64,000 bases of DNA from an uncultured Anaeromyxobacteraceae bacterium (lineage in GTDB: Bacteria > Myxococcota_A > UBA9042 > DTJE01), in contig CAZFVA010000008.1 of assembly GCA_964522105.1 (NCBI GenBank), positions 20,225-84,224 on the forward strand, written 5' to 3'. The notes beneath the pieces are model-generated. The model had not been told where the DNA came from. It was given only the letters and a program-made list of their open reading frames with translations, and did no database searches. Numbering within the stretch: position 1 is the stretch's first letter; every line of letters starts with the position of its first letter. Below, one piece after another: positions 38,249 through 51,105 of this stretch. A program made the position numbers and the translations under genes.

Positions 38249-40332
38249 CAGTCCTCTTTATCCGGCAAATCAACCGGGTCAACCGGGTCAACCGATTCCC
38301 GCTGGCCTGACGGTCCGGCAAAACCGGGGGCGACCTGCCTGCTGTCGAAGATTATCTCAAGTTCCGGATTGTCCTTGAATCCCTCCCAGAGATCCCCGAA
38401 CTCTTCAGCATGTTCACGGTAATAAGTTTCAATCACCTTACGCGCAATCGGGGCAGCCACTGCGCCGCCGAAACCGGCATGTTCAACAAACACGGCGACC
38501 GCAATTTTTGGTCTTTTTGCCGGCGCAACCGCCAGGAACCATGCGTGATCTTCCTTAAGCCAGCTCTGAACTTCCGGAGCTGCATCTTTTCTGGACTCAC
38601 GGGCTTCCGCGGTGCCTGTCTTACCTGAAAACGGCAGTTCAGTTATGCGTGAAGTATAAGCCGTCCCGTCTTCGTCGTTCACTGCACCCAGCAGACCTTT
38701 CATCACAAGATCCAGGTGCTCACGCATCAATGGTAATGTGCGTGTAACTTCAGGTTCAACGGTCGTTTCTTCACCTGTCTCGATGTCTATCAGCGCCTGC
38801 AGAAGGTGGGGCCGCATAAGGCGTCCGCCGTTAACCAGTGCAGCATATGCCCTGGCCATTGACAGCGGAGTTGCCCGGATATCGCCCTGGCCAACCGATG
38901 CATTAATTGCAAAACCTGGTTGGAAACCACCACGGGAAGTCGTGTACCAGCGCTCGGTCGGCATCAAACCGGCCATCTCGCCAATTTCGATACCGGTCTT
39001 TTCACCTACCCCGAAAAGATCCCTGGCATAGTGGGCAATAACATCAATGCCGAGCAGGTCACCAAGTCTGTAGAAATAAGTGTCACAGGACTGAATAAGC
39101 GAGCTGACCAGATCAACTTCGCCATGTCCGAAACGCTTGAAACAGCGGAATCGCCTGTTCCGGTATTCATAATACCCGGGGCAGTCGACCCTGGTTCTGG
39201 AATCAATGACACCTTCCATCAAACCGGCCAGAGCCGTAAAGACCTTGAATGTGGACCCGGGTGGAAAAGCCGACACTGCCTTGTTCATCATCGGAGCGTA
39301 CTCCGGCGACAGGGGCGGCGCCGGTTCAGTTGCGGCGGCAGTAAGGCGCGGACCCAGTTCGAACGTCGGTTCGCTTGCCATCACCAGAACTTCGCCAGTC
39401 TGTACGTCAATCGCGACAACGGCACCGGACTTCTGCGGCTTCAAAGCGGCGGCCGCCGCCTTCTGAAGAACTATATCAAGGGTCAGCCTGATGTTTTTGC
39501 CGGACTGCGGGGGAAAGGAAACGAGATCCTTGAACGGTTCCGGAAGGTCAGAAGGACGAATCCTGTTTCCGGAAGCACTTCTTACATACACGTCTTCGCC
39601 GGCCTTACCGCGAAGAACTGAATCCATCGCCTTCTCGATGCCGGAGCGACCTATGACGTCAGCCGACTTGATTGCACCGCCCGAAGCGTCAACCTCTTCG
39701 CCGGTAACCTCGTTAACGTAACCGAGGGCATGAACGGTAGCAGGCCCCGCCGGGTAATAGCGCACCATTCTTGAATGAAGCGAAAAACCGGGCATCTCGT
39801 GAAGATGGGCCTGAACAACTGCCTTTTCGTCAAAAAACGTCTTCCCGCATTTTGAACAGACCATATGCCCGTTGGACGCATCGAATCTCAAAGGCTCAAG
39901 GTCGAATGGACACCTGGAACCGACAAGATTTCTTTTGATCGGAATCTTGTGAAAGCGCTTTGACCCCTGTCGGCCGTCAATAATCTTCTCGAGCGCATCT
40001 GCCGCCTCTGACGGATTCACGACGCCAAAATCTATCAACTTTTTTACGACTTCTTCCGGTTGTGAAACGTGATGCGGAATAACCATCAGGTCGGAAACTT
40101 CAACGTCTGAAGCCAGAAGAACGCCGTTTCTGTCGTAAATGGCTCCACGCGGGGGCACGATGCGTTCACGGACAACGTGGCTTACGGTTGCCAGAGTTTC
40201 GTACCGTTCGCCGTGAACAATCTGAAGTACAAAAAGGCGGGCGCAGAGAGCCAGAAACACCAGCACGATAAGGATTACCGCCCACCGGAAGTGGGTTCTA
40301 TATTCAACCAGCCCGTCCTGAAGACCGATCAA
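38248..40332 (-). CDS. mrdA: Penicillin-binding protein 2 (elongasome transpeptidase)
   Basis: PBP dimerisation domain plus transpeptidase domain (STFK, SGN, KTGT). Contains an internal Cys/His insertion (RCPFD...HMVCSKCGK). The C-terminus carries a VDPVDPVD tail encoded by a 9-bp tandem repeat. Confidence 0.85.
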   Translation of the reverse strand: MIGLQDGLVEYRTHFRWAVILIVLVFLALCARLFVLQIVHGERYETLATVSHVVRERIVPPRGAIYDRNGVLLASDVEVSDLMVIPHHVSQPEEVVKKLIDFGVVNPSEAADALEKIIDGRQGSKRFHKIPIKRNLVGSRCPFDLEPLRFDASNGHMVCSKCGKTFFDEKAVVQAHLHEMPGFSLHSRMVRYYPAGPATVHALGYVNEVTGEEVDASGGAIKSADVIGRSGIEKAMDSVLRGKAGEDVYVRSASGNRIRPSDLPEPFKDLVSFPPQSGKNIRLTLDIVLQKAAAAALKPQKSGAVVAIDVQTGEVLVMASEPTFELGPRLTAAATEPAPPLSPEYAPMMNKAVSAFPPGSTFKVFTALAGLMEGVIDSRTRVDCPGYYEYRNRRFRCFKRFGHGEVDLVSSLIQSCDTYFYRLGDLLGIDVIAHYARDLFGVGEKTGIEIGEMAGLMPTERWYTTSRGGFQPGFAINASVGQGDIRATPLSMARAYAALVNGGRLMRPHLLQALIDIETGEETTVEPEVTRTLPLMREHLDLVMKGLLGAVNDEDGTAYTSRITELPFSGKTGTAEARESRKDAAPEVQSWLKEDHAWFLAVAPAKRPKIAVAVFVEHAGFGGAVAAPIARKVIETYYREHAEEFGDLWEGFKDNPELEIIFDSRQVAPGFAGPSGQRESVDPVDPVDLPDKED

Positions 40333-40390
40333 AACGTAACTCCGTAAAATGGGTTTCGGGTCGTAACCCGCAGTCAGTCAGCCGGGATAA

Positions 40391-40906
40391 TCACACAAAA
40401 AGGCTGCGCGCGTCACGTTTACGATGAAAACGACCGTCTGCGATCCCAAACAGCTTGAACAACAAGGGGGCAAACACCGCCGTCATGACTGCCTGGGTAA
40501 GGCCGTTCGTGACTACCAGAGTCGAGTAACTGTACCCGCGATCAAATACGACCGAGAAAAGAAGAAACAGCAGCGCGGACAACACTGACGACGCAAACAC
40601 GACCAGCATCAACGGGATAGTTCTGCTTAACTGGAATCGCGACATTGCCATCCTGGCAAGCACAAACATGACAACCTGAATCTCCATCTGCATGCCGAAC
40701 AGGCCGCCGGGCATGAAGGCGTCGGTCAGCAGACCCATCAGCGAAACGATAAGCAGGGGCGCGACACCGGACGTGGAAGACGCAAGAAATATTGTGGCGA
40801 CCAGAGTTACATCAACAGAAAAATTCTGAAGGCCCAGGAGCGTCAGGGCAGGTATCTGCAACATCAGACAGACAAAGACAATTATCAGGACAAAGACGCT
40901 ACGCAT
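40391..40906 (-). CDS. mreD: Rod shape-determining protein MreD
   Basis: Small polytopic membrane protein immediately after mreC. Confidence 0.6.
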   Translation of the reverse strand: MRSVFVLIIVFVCLMLQIPALTLLGLQNFSVDVTLVATIFLASSTSGVAPLLIVSLMGLLTDAFMPGGLFGMQMEIQVVMFVLARMAMSRFQLSRTIPLMLVVFASSVLSALLFLLFSVVFDRGYSYSTLVVTNGLTQAVMTAVFAPLLFKLFGIADGRFHRKRDARSLFV

Positions 40907-41778
40907 TATCTGTCCCCTGGCTCATCACCTGCGTCCGCAGCAGCAAGATCAGTCACGATCATTGCATGACTGACCACAGCCGGGTCAACCGCAAGCGCGA
41001 TGTCATATTCCATGAAAGGCCCGACCTGGCGTCTGGCCTCGGGGTCTATCAGATATCCGACTTCAATGCCCCGGGGGAAAACGCGGTCGTGCCCGGAAGT
41101 CACAATTGTGGCACCTTTCTGCAGCAGCGAATCGTTCATGGAAATCTGCAATCTTGCCTGATAGCCGGTCTTGCTGCCGGAACCGACAACCATACCAAGA
41201 ACACCTGTCCCCATCACCTGACAGGCAACCCTGCTGCGGGTGTCGGTCAAGAGCATGACGTCAGCAAACCGACCGCTGGCTGAAGTAACCCGCCCGACAA
41301 GACCGGTATCAATTATCACAGCCATGTCAGCGGCCGGGGCCGTTTTGCCGTCCATCGCGACACGCAGACGTTCAATCCTGAAATATGGATTTACGTCACG
41401 GACCACCACAGAGGCTGCCGCAAGTTTCAGATCTACACGCTGCTCGCGAAGACCGAGCAGAAGGCGCAGATCACGATTTTCAACTGCCAGACGCTTTGAA
41501 TTCAGGGACTCGCCAAGAAGCTTGCTGTTTTCTGCAACAAGCCTGGTGTTTTCCCTGACGGCAGAAAAAATGCCGGTAATATCGGAAGTTACGCCGCCAA
41601 CAGACTGGGTGACGCCGCCAAAACCTGTCTGAGCCCACCCGGTCAGACTGATCAGACCGTTCTGAACACCGGACGGCGTCGTCCTTCTGCTTCCGGACAG
41701 GTACATAAGAAGAATCGGCAGAATAATCAGCAGAGTAGATAGTGCAGCCAATCTGTGCCTGAAAAGCCAGTCCCGCAT
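40906..41778 (-). CDS. mreC: Rod shape-determining protein MreC
   Basis: N-terminal TM helix, a coiled-coil, then the MreC beta domain. Confidence 0.8.
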   Translation of the reverse strand: MRDWLFRHRLAALSTLLIILPILLMYLSGSRRTTPSGVQNGLISLTGWAQTGFGGVTQSVGGVTSDITGIFSAVRENTRLVAENSKLLGESLNSKRLAVENRDLRLLLGLREQRVDLKLAAASVVVRDVNPYFRIERLRVAMDGKTAPAADMAVIIDTGLVGRVTSASGRFADVMLLTDTRSRVACQVMGTGVLGMVVGSGSKTGYQARLQISMNDSLLQKGATIVTSGHDRVFPRGIEVGYLIDPEARRQVGPFMEYDIALAVDPAVVSHAMIVTDLAAADAGDEPGDR

Positions 41779-41809
41779 GACAATGCCAGTTAAAACAATG
41801 AGTCTAAAA

Positions 41810-42871
<1,062 letters not shown>

Positions 42872-43065
42872 TCACCCACCATTTGCAGAAAAATGGGGAT
42901 GCTTTATATCATGGTGACCATGAATGATCAACACGAAGCCGGGGCGCGTCCCCGCTGCGGGACAATCAACATCAAACACTGTCGCGCGTTCCGTTTGACC
43001 GGCGAACACTAACCTGTTAAAAATAACACACCGGTCATCCCGGATATTTCGGAGGTATTCCAATA

Positions 43066-43596
43066 ATGAGAATCCAGCAATTGATCAGGTCGTCCCTGTT
43101 TGTTGGCGTTATTGCCGTTTCTGCAGCCTGTGCCAAGGCTCCTGCCGCGGCCGACCGGGAAGCAACCGAGGTTGCCCTCCCCCAGAAGCCTGATCTGAAG
43201 GCAAAAACGACCCCCGAAAAGTACGATGACGGCACACTGACCGTCACTGGCGTTGTGAAGAACGCCGCGCATCTGAACGGAAATTCAGTGAAGGTCCGTG
43301 GAAAGGTGATTAAGGTCGATACGTGTACTGTCGGCGAAGTATGCTCGGCAGAAGCGTCGGTCATGCTTGCCGATGACAGCGCAAAATCATCCCGCGTGCT
43401 GACTGTGATGGACCCGAGCGAAGGGCTTCATCATGACATCAAGAAAGAATTCCCGCTGAACGCGCTTGTCACGGTCGAAGGGAAAATTTCCATGTGGTCA
43501 CCGACCGGTCGGACGATCAACATGGATGGAATTCTGCTTCTTGATCCGCCGAAGAAAGAAGAAACCGAAGAAAATAAAGAAGCTGCCGCCAAATAG
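43066..43596 (+). CDS. Hypothetical lipoprotein
   Basis: Signal peptide with lipobox (VSAACAK), a Lys/Glu-rich C-terminus, and an AGGT RBS. Confidence 0.5.
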   Translation: MRIQQLIRSSLFVGVIAVSAACAKAPAAADREATEVALPQKPDLKAKTTPEKYDDGTLTVTGVVKNAAHLNGNSVKVRGKVIKVDTCTVGEVCSAEASVMLADDSAKSSRVLTVMDPSEGLHHDIKKEFPLNALVTVEGKISMWSPTGRTINMDGILLLDPPKKEETEENKEAAAK

Positions 43597-43616
43597 GGTC
43601 TAATTCCGCAGGCCTG

Positions 43617-44471
43617 TCAGCGTTTTGTAAAAACAACATTGCCGAACCGTATTCTGCCGCCGACATCAGGATGTCCTGGAATCCACTCACGTCCGTCACT
43701 GGCAGCTTCGATCAACAGGATGACAGTTGAACCAAGGTTGAACACGCCGTAGTCGTCACCTTTTCTGGCGGCCGCAGGATTTTCCAGAATCTGGACACCA
43801 TGGGCCCGGCCATTGTTCGAAACGATGTCTGAAAATGCCAGCGATATCCTGCCGACACTGGTCGCGCCGACCATGACCATGCAGACAAGGCCGTCAGCAG
43901 TTTCAATCAGACCGGAGACTCTCTCGTTCCTGCAGAACAGGCCGCTGATAACTTCAGTCGCTGCCGGCGAAACGGAAAGCAACCCGCCCTGAATGTGCTT
44001 CACCTTCAAAACCGAACCATCGACCGGGAAATGGACCCTGTGATAATCACCCGGGCTGAGATAGATAGTCAGATACCTGCCACCCTCGAAACGGGCTGCG
44101 TCAGATTCATCAGCCAGAAGGTCGGCCAGCCTGTAATCACAGCCCTTGGCCTGAAACAACATGCCGTTCGTGATAACGCCGTAACTCTGAATCTTTCCAT
44201 CACACGGTGAAACCACAGCATCCGGGGACATGTCGACCGGTCTTGCCCCCGGCTTCAGCCGACGCGTAAAGAAACTGTTGAACGAATCAAAGCCTGAAGC
44301 AGGAATTTCGGCTTCATCAAGATTTACCCCGAAACGTTCACAATAGACCTTCAGAAACGCGGGCATCAGGACGTCAGGAACGGGGACGTCTGCGATAATC
44401 CCGGCAATCCTGGATTGAAGTCTTGTGGAAGCGGCCGTGTAAGCCAGCTTCATTACTGTCTTCCTTACCAA
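43617..44471 (-). CDS. psd: Phosphatidylserine decarboxylase proenzyme
   Basis: YLSPGDYHRVHFP motif and the FNLGSTV (GST cleavage site). The start may instead be the ATG at 44453. Confidence 0.8.
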   Translation of the reverse strand: MVRKTVMKLAYTAASTRLQSRIAGIIADVPVPDVLMPAFLKVYCERFGVNLDEAEIPASGFDSFNSFFTRRLKPGARPVDMSPDAVVSPCDGKIQSYGVITNGMLFQAKGCDYRLADLLADESDAARFEGGRYLTIYLSPGDYHRVHFPVDGSVLKVKHIQGGLLSVSPAATEVISGLFCRNERVSGLIETADGLVCMVMVGATSVGRISLAFSDIVSNNGRAHGVQILENPAAARKGDDYGVFNLGSTVILLIEAASDGREWIPGHPDVGGRIRFGNVVFTKR

Positions 44472-44510
44472 ATCGCACCTCCCGGAGTTCCGCTGAAACG
44501 AGACCCTTAA

Positions 44511-45443
44511 TTATTCAGCGATGTCCGACATTATCCGGTCTGCATCCATCCCGGTCATTTCAAGATACTGCGCCAGCCTTGCCGAAAAATCTGAATTACG
44601 AACCTCGGCAAAAGCTCTGGGACCGAACCCTTCAACACAGAAAGAAGCCATCACTGTCCCGACGGCCAGTGCCCTGCGGACCGATTCAACATCAAACTGA
44701 CCGATGCGGTCCAGATAAGCAAGCGTTCCGCCTGCAAAACAGTCCCCTGCGCCGGTCGGATCAACGACCGCTTCAACCGGGAACGCCGGATAAAGTTTCA
44801 AGCCTTTTGCATCAAACAACATCGCACCGTGCTCACCTCTTTTGACGACAAGGGCGCGGGCCCCCATCTGAAGGATCCGGCGCGCCGCCTTCATAAGGTT
44901 ATGTTCACCAGAAAGCTGCCTGACTTCGTCGTCATTCAGGAAAAGCAGGTCGGTCGAAGGCATCAAGGCTGTCAGATCGTCTTTGAACAGCTCGATCCAG
45001 CATTCAATCGTATCAAGGGCGACGAAACTGCCGGCCTCTGTCTGTGACAGAACGAGTCGCTGAAGATCGGGCTTGATGTTTCCAAGGCACAGGACGTCGG
45101 GCGACAGCAATTCAGGCGGAATAACCGGACTGAATTCAGCAAAGACTCCAAGTTCGGTCCGAAGCGAGTCACGACCGATCAAGTCTTCATGGTATCTGCC
45201 GTGCCACCTGAACGTCGCGCCTTCTTTGCGCGCAATGAACGAGGTGTCAACGCCGCGCCCTTTCAGGAAGTCCAGGTCAGCTTCAACAAAATCTGTACCG
45301 ATGACGGCCACGATAACAGGCTTCGAAAACATCGAAGCGGCTGTCGAAAACCAGGTTGCAGACCCGCCAAGAACCTCGACCGGCTGCCTGCCAGGCAATT
45401 CAATAACGTCGTAAGCCACCGAACCAACAACAAGCAGACTCAT
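44511..45443 (-). CDS. PfkB family carbohydrate/nucleoside kinase
   Basis: Ribokinase-like fold with the DPTGAGDCFAGG anion-hole motif. Confidence 0.75.
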   Translation of the reverse strand: MSLLVVGSVAYDVIELPGRQPVEVLGGSATWFSTAASMFSKPVIVAVIGTDFVEADLDFLKGRGVDTSFIARKEGATFRWHGRYHEDLIGRDSLRTELGVFAEFSPVIPPELLSPDVLCLGNIKPDLQRLVLSQTEAGSFVALDTIECWIELFKDDLTALMPSTDLLFLNDDEVRQLSGEHNLMKAARRILQMGARALVVKRGEHGAMLFDAKGLKLYPAFPVEAVVDPTGAGDCFAGGTLAYLDRIGQFDVESVRRALAVGTVMASFCVEGFGPRAFAEVRNSDFSARLAQYLEMTGMDADRIMSDIAE

Positions 45444-45497
45444 CGCTTCCTCCGGTCAATCAGAATTCATGGGTTTACAGGCGCAGAAACAGCCGAC

Positions 45498-46382
45498 TCA
45501 CGACTTCACAAAATACCTTCCGACAATCGGTTCAAGACGATCGAGTGTCGCCTGCGGAATTCTGGAACGTTCGGTCAGAAAGGCATGTCGCAGGGAATCT
45601 CCACAACCGCAGTCATCAGCGTGATCAAGATGTTCGACCGCACCAAGAATCAGCTTCTTTGCCTTCGCGGCGCCTGCTGCAAGCCTTTCGACCACAGACG
45701 CGCACGAAACGTCGTCTTCTTCTTCGTGCCAGCAATCATAATCGGTGGGCAGCGCAATCGTGACGTAGCAGATCTCGGCCTCGCGGGCCAGTTTGGCTTC
45801 TGTGGCGTTCGTCATACCGATGACGGCGACCCTGACATAGTCGTGACCGCCGGCAGCCCCTATGTCCCTGTACCAGTGGGATTCGGCCCGGGACGAAAAC
45901 TGCGGGCCTTCAATGCAGATGTAAGTCCCGCCTTCCACAATCGGCATACCAATCCGGTCGGCCGTTTCGATCAGCAACTTACGCATCGAACTGCAGAACG
46001 GGTCCGCCATGCTGACATGCGCCACAAGCCCTTCACCAAAAAAGGTGCTGACCCGGTGAATCGTTCTGTCAATCATCTGATCAACGATAACGGGCGTCGT
46101 CAACGTGATCTCGGTGCGCATGCTGCCGACGGCACTGGCGGAAAAAATCCTGGTGACGCCAAGACTTTTCAAAGCCCAGATATTGGCGCGACACGGCACT
46201 TCAGTCGGAAGCAGCCGGTGGCCACGCCCGTGACGCGGTAGAAAAGCTATTTCATGTCCGGCATAAGTCCCGATGGTGATCACGTCTGACGGCGCACCAA
46301 ATGGCGTGGAAACCTCTACTTCCCTGACATTTTCAAGGTCGTCAAGGATGTACAGGCCGGTGCCCCCGATTATCCCTATCAT
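45498..46382 (-). CDS. mtnP: S-methyl-5'-thioadenosine phosphorylase (PNP family 2)
   Basis: Begins MIGIIGGTGLY, has FLPRHGRGHRLLPTEVPCRANIWALK and SASAVGSMR. ATG at 46382. Confidence 0.8.
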   Translation of the reverse strand: MIGIIGGTGLYILDDLENVREVEVSTPFGAPSDVITIGTYAGHEIAFLPRHGRGHRLLPTEVPCRANIWALKSLGVTRIFSASAVGSMRTEITLTTPVIVDQMIDRTIHRVSTFFGEGLVAHVSMADPFCSSMRKLLIETADRIGMPIVEGGTYICIEGPQFSSRAESHWYRDIGAAGGHDYVRVAVIGMTNATEAKLAREAEICYVTIALPTDYDCWHEEEDDVSCASVVERLAAGAAKAKKLILGAVEHLDHADDCGCGDSLRHAFLTERSRIPQATLDRLEPIVGRYFVKS

Positions 46383-46404
46383 GACTTTCCCCCCGGGCAG
46401 GATG

Positions 46405-46677
46405 CTAATCTTCGCCGATTTCTTCCTCGGACATTTCCTCTCCGCCATCAAGATCCTCGAGGGGGAGTTCTTCGTCTTCGAGGGTGGATGACGGTTCATC
46501 ATCATCGTCAATGATGTCATCATCTGGCGGAATGACTATCGTTACCGGGACTTCCGGCCGTCTGGAAACATCAATTCCACACCTGGGACAAACCGGCGGG
46601 TTCTTTTTCATGTCGTAGAACTTGCAACCACACTCGAAACAACTGTGCCTCTCACCGAACTTTTCTCTGTCAACCAT
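46405..46677 (-). CDS. FYDLN_acid (TIGR02300-like) zinc-ribbon protein with acidic tail
   Basis: MVDREKFGERHSCFECGCKFYDMKKNPPVCPRCG followed by a long D/E-rich C-terminus. ATG 46677 follows a GAGGT RBS. Confidence 0.65.
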   Translation of the reverse strand: MVDREKFGERHSCFECGCKFYDMKKNPPVCPRCGIDVSRRPEVPVTIVIPPDDDIIDDDDEPSSTLEDEELPLEDLDGGEEMSEEEIGED

Positions 46678-46902
46678 CCCAAACCTCAAAAACTGAATGA
46701 AAAGGAAACCCGAATAACCGGGACGGGCTAGGTATACAATCACGGAACCGATGTCAAGCGTATCGAACACCGGATTACAAAGGTCGTCAATATTTTGTTG
46801 TACCGTTTCCCCTTGACCTGATGCCATTGGTGCTTATTATGGCCTGCGGTCAGCAGACCTGGATAATCAATTAATTTGGGGACAAAGTCCCCTGTTTTAT
46901 GA

Positions 46903-48504
<1,602 letters not shown>

Positions 48505-48541
48505 CCACCCGCGAACTGCGCCTTTCAACGCTGTCCTGCTG

Positions 48542-49303
48542 TTATCTGCGGGAACACACAAGCGAAAAAACAGACCGCATGCCAGTTGCAGATATCGGTT
48601 CCAGACAGTATTCATCAAGTAAATCAGCAACCTTCTGAAGTCGGCCACCACCAAAATCAGCGAAGCTGACAATACCCCGCGCAAAGAAAGCTTTCTGAAA
48701 ATACCCTTCAGGAATCAGTTGTTTCAGGTCGTCACAGGAAAAATAATGCCAGTTGTTCCTGCCCGCAGAACCCCATTTCCTAAGCATCAGATGCGTCACT
48801 TTCAGGGAAATTCCCTTATCGACAATCAGGAGATGTCCACCGGGATTCAGAACGCAAAGACAGTTTTTTACAGCTTCACGGAAGGCCGCGATGTCGTGCT
48901 GACGGTTGACCCCGCCAAGAACGTCTTTCAATACGACCAGATCGAAGCGGTCCGCCCGGTCCAGGGCAAAGATATCTGCACGGGAAGCACGAAGCTTTTC
49001 GCGGGTCAGACCGTACCGGTCGGCAGCCGCGTCAAGCGCCCGGTCAAGCTTCGGCAGTTCTTCCGCCAGATAACAGGTGGCGGTGGCGTCGGCGCCCCTG
49101 GCAGCCAGAAACGGACTTACTGTCGAGTGACCGGTGGCACCAATTTCGAAGGTCTTCAGACCGTCGAAGCGCAGGTCAGGATCAATAACGGCCAGACCGT
49201 CAAGAATGACCTGCCGGTGCGGACGGACATGCCACGCCACGCAACGATTCAACAATTCATCTTCAAGCTGCGACAACTTGTACACGTTCGACTTCATCTG
49301 CAC
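48542..49303 (-). CDS. Class I SAM-dependent methyltransferase-like protein
   Basis: Rossmann-like FEIGATGHS motif I variant and a VLNPGGHLLIVD post-II region. The specific family is not recognised. Confidence 0.4.
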   Translation of the reverse strand: MQMKSNVYKLSQLEDELLNRCVAWHVRPHRQVILDGLAVIDPDLRFDGLKTFEIGATGHSTVSPFLAARGADATATCYLAEELPKLDRALDAAADRYGLTREKLRASRADIFALDRADRFDLVVLKDVLGGVNRQHDIAAFREAVKNCLCVLNPGGHLLIVDKGISLKVTHLMLRKWGSAGRNNWHYFSCDDLKQLIPEGYFQKAFFARGIVSFADFGGGRLQKVADLLDEYCLEPISATGMRSVFSLVCSRR

Positions 49304-49470
49304 ATCTCACCTGCCGGTCTGTCACTATCGTATGGCCTTCGCCATCAGAATTGAACATTTCAATTGCCGCTGCATCAAATGATTATTCAGAATTTCAGGA
49401 CACAGATGACTGCTTGACTGACTTGTTACTGCCACTGATACTTGTCGTCAAACTGCGTTGAGAGGGGCGC

Positions 49471-51003
49471 ATGGCACACTGGCTGTTCACCCGGAAACCG
49501 TTGTCACTGCTGATGGAAGAGATGGCCGGTGAAAACCGGCTGCGACGGATACTTGGACCTGTGGCGCTGTCCAGCCTGGGCGTCGGGGCCATCATCGGAA
49601 CCGGCATCTTCGTTCTGACAGGCATCGCTGCCCACGACAAGGCCGGACCCGCACTGATGCTGTCGCTCAGCCTGTCCGGCATAACGTGCATCTTCGCCGC
49701 CCTCTGCTACGCCGAGTTCGCGTCGATGGTCCCGATCGCCGGGTCGGCATACACATACGCGTACGCCACGCTTGGCGAACTTTTCGCGTGGGTCATCGGA
49801 TGGGACCTGATTCTGGAGTACGCGGTCGCCTCGGGAACTGTGGCCCACGGATGGTCTAAATATTTCCAGAATTTAATAGGGATGGCTGACATCCACCTTC
49901 CAAAGGCCATTACGCAGGCACCGTTTGACTACGATCCCGGTGTCGGCCATATGATCGCGACCGGCTCCATCGTGGATCTGCCGGCAGTGCTGATTGCACT
50001 GATAGTTACAGTGATTCTGGTCAAGGGCATCAAAGAGAGCGCCGGTTTCAACGCCGGAATGGTCATCGTCAAACTGTTCATAGTTCTGTTCGTCATCGTG
50101 GTCGGCGCGTTCTACGTAAACCCCGGTAACTGGATACCTTTTGCGCCCTTTGGACTTGGCGGGCTGAGCCTTTTCGGGCACACGATTGCAGGTCAGACGG
50201 GCGCAGGTGGCGAACCTCTTGGAATGATGGCCGGCGCTGCAATGATCTTTTTCGCATACATCGGATTTGATTCAGTATCAACGCATTCGGAAGAGGCTAA
50301 AAACCCGGCTCGCGACGTCCCGATCGGCATCATCGCGTCGCTGCTTATCAGCACGATTCTGTACATCGCGGTGGCCGCCGTGCTGACAGGCATGGTGCCG
50401 TACGGCGAAATTGACATCGACGCACCGGTTTCGGCAGCTTTCGCCAGCGTCGGACTGCCATGGGCGCAGTTGCTGGTCGCGATCGGCGCCTTGACCGGAA
50501 TCACGTCTGTCCTGCTGGTAATGATGCTCAGCCAGCCACGCGTTTTTCTGGCGATGGCCCGCGACGGTCTTGTGCCGCGCAGCTTCTTCGGCGCCGTTCA
50601 CGAGCGCTTCAGAACCCCTTGGAAATCCACGATTCTGGTCGGACTTTTCGTCGCGGCCACAGGTGGTTTCATCCCGCTGCGCGTGCTGGCCGAGCTGGTC
50701 AACATCGGAACACTGCTGGCCTTCGTGCTTGTGTGCGTAGCAGTTCTGGTGATGCGCCACACGCATCCGAAGGCGAAGCGCCCTTTCCGTGTACCTTTCT
50801 CGCCCATTACACCGATCCTGGGGATTGTGCTGTGTCTGATCCTGATGTTTTCACTGCCGGTGGAAAACTGGCTTCGACTTGGCGTCTGGCTTGCCATCGG
50901 TCTGGTAATCTATTTCGCGTATGGCCGCCGCCACAGCATCATGGCTGAGCGCCGCCGCGCCGGGATCGTCGAAAAGGACCACCTGGCCGGCCCTGATGCG
51001 TAA
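49471..51003 (+). CDS. APC-superfamily amino acid permease
   Basis: Twelve predicted TM segments; GVGAIIGTGIFVLTG motif typical of amino-acid/polyamine transporters. Confidence 0.8.
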   Translation: MAHWLFTRKPLSLLMEEMAGENRLRRILGPVALSSLGVGAIIGTGIFVLTGIAAHDKAGPALMLSLSLSGITCIFAALCYAEFASMVPIAGSAYTYAYATLGELFAWVIGWDLILEYAVASGTVAHGWSKYFQNLIGMADIHLPKAITQAPFDYDPGVGHMIATGSIVDLPAVLIALIVTVILVKGIKESAGFNAGMVIVKLFIVLFVIVVGAFYVNPGNWIPFAPFGLGGLSLFGHTIAGQTGAGGEPLGMMAGAAMIFFAYIGFDSVSTHSEEAKNPARDVPIGIIASLLISTILYIAVAAVLTGMVPYGEIDIDAPVSAAFASVGLPWAQLLVAIGALTGITSVLLVMMLSQPRVFLAMARDGLVPRSFFGAVHERFRTPWKSTILVGLFVAATGGFIPLRVLAELVNIGTLLAFVLVCVAVLVMRHTHPKAKRPFRVPFSPITPILGIVLCLILMFSLPVENWLRLGVWLAIGLVIYFAYGRRHSIMAERRRAGIVEKDHLAGPDA

Positions 51004-51105
51004 TCACCATGTCTTGACTGACAGCCCGGTGCCGTTGATACTTGCCGGGTTGAAGTAAATCGTGAATGGAAGTTCCCGGACACGCTTGAATTTTGGAGGT
51101 CACCC

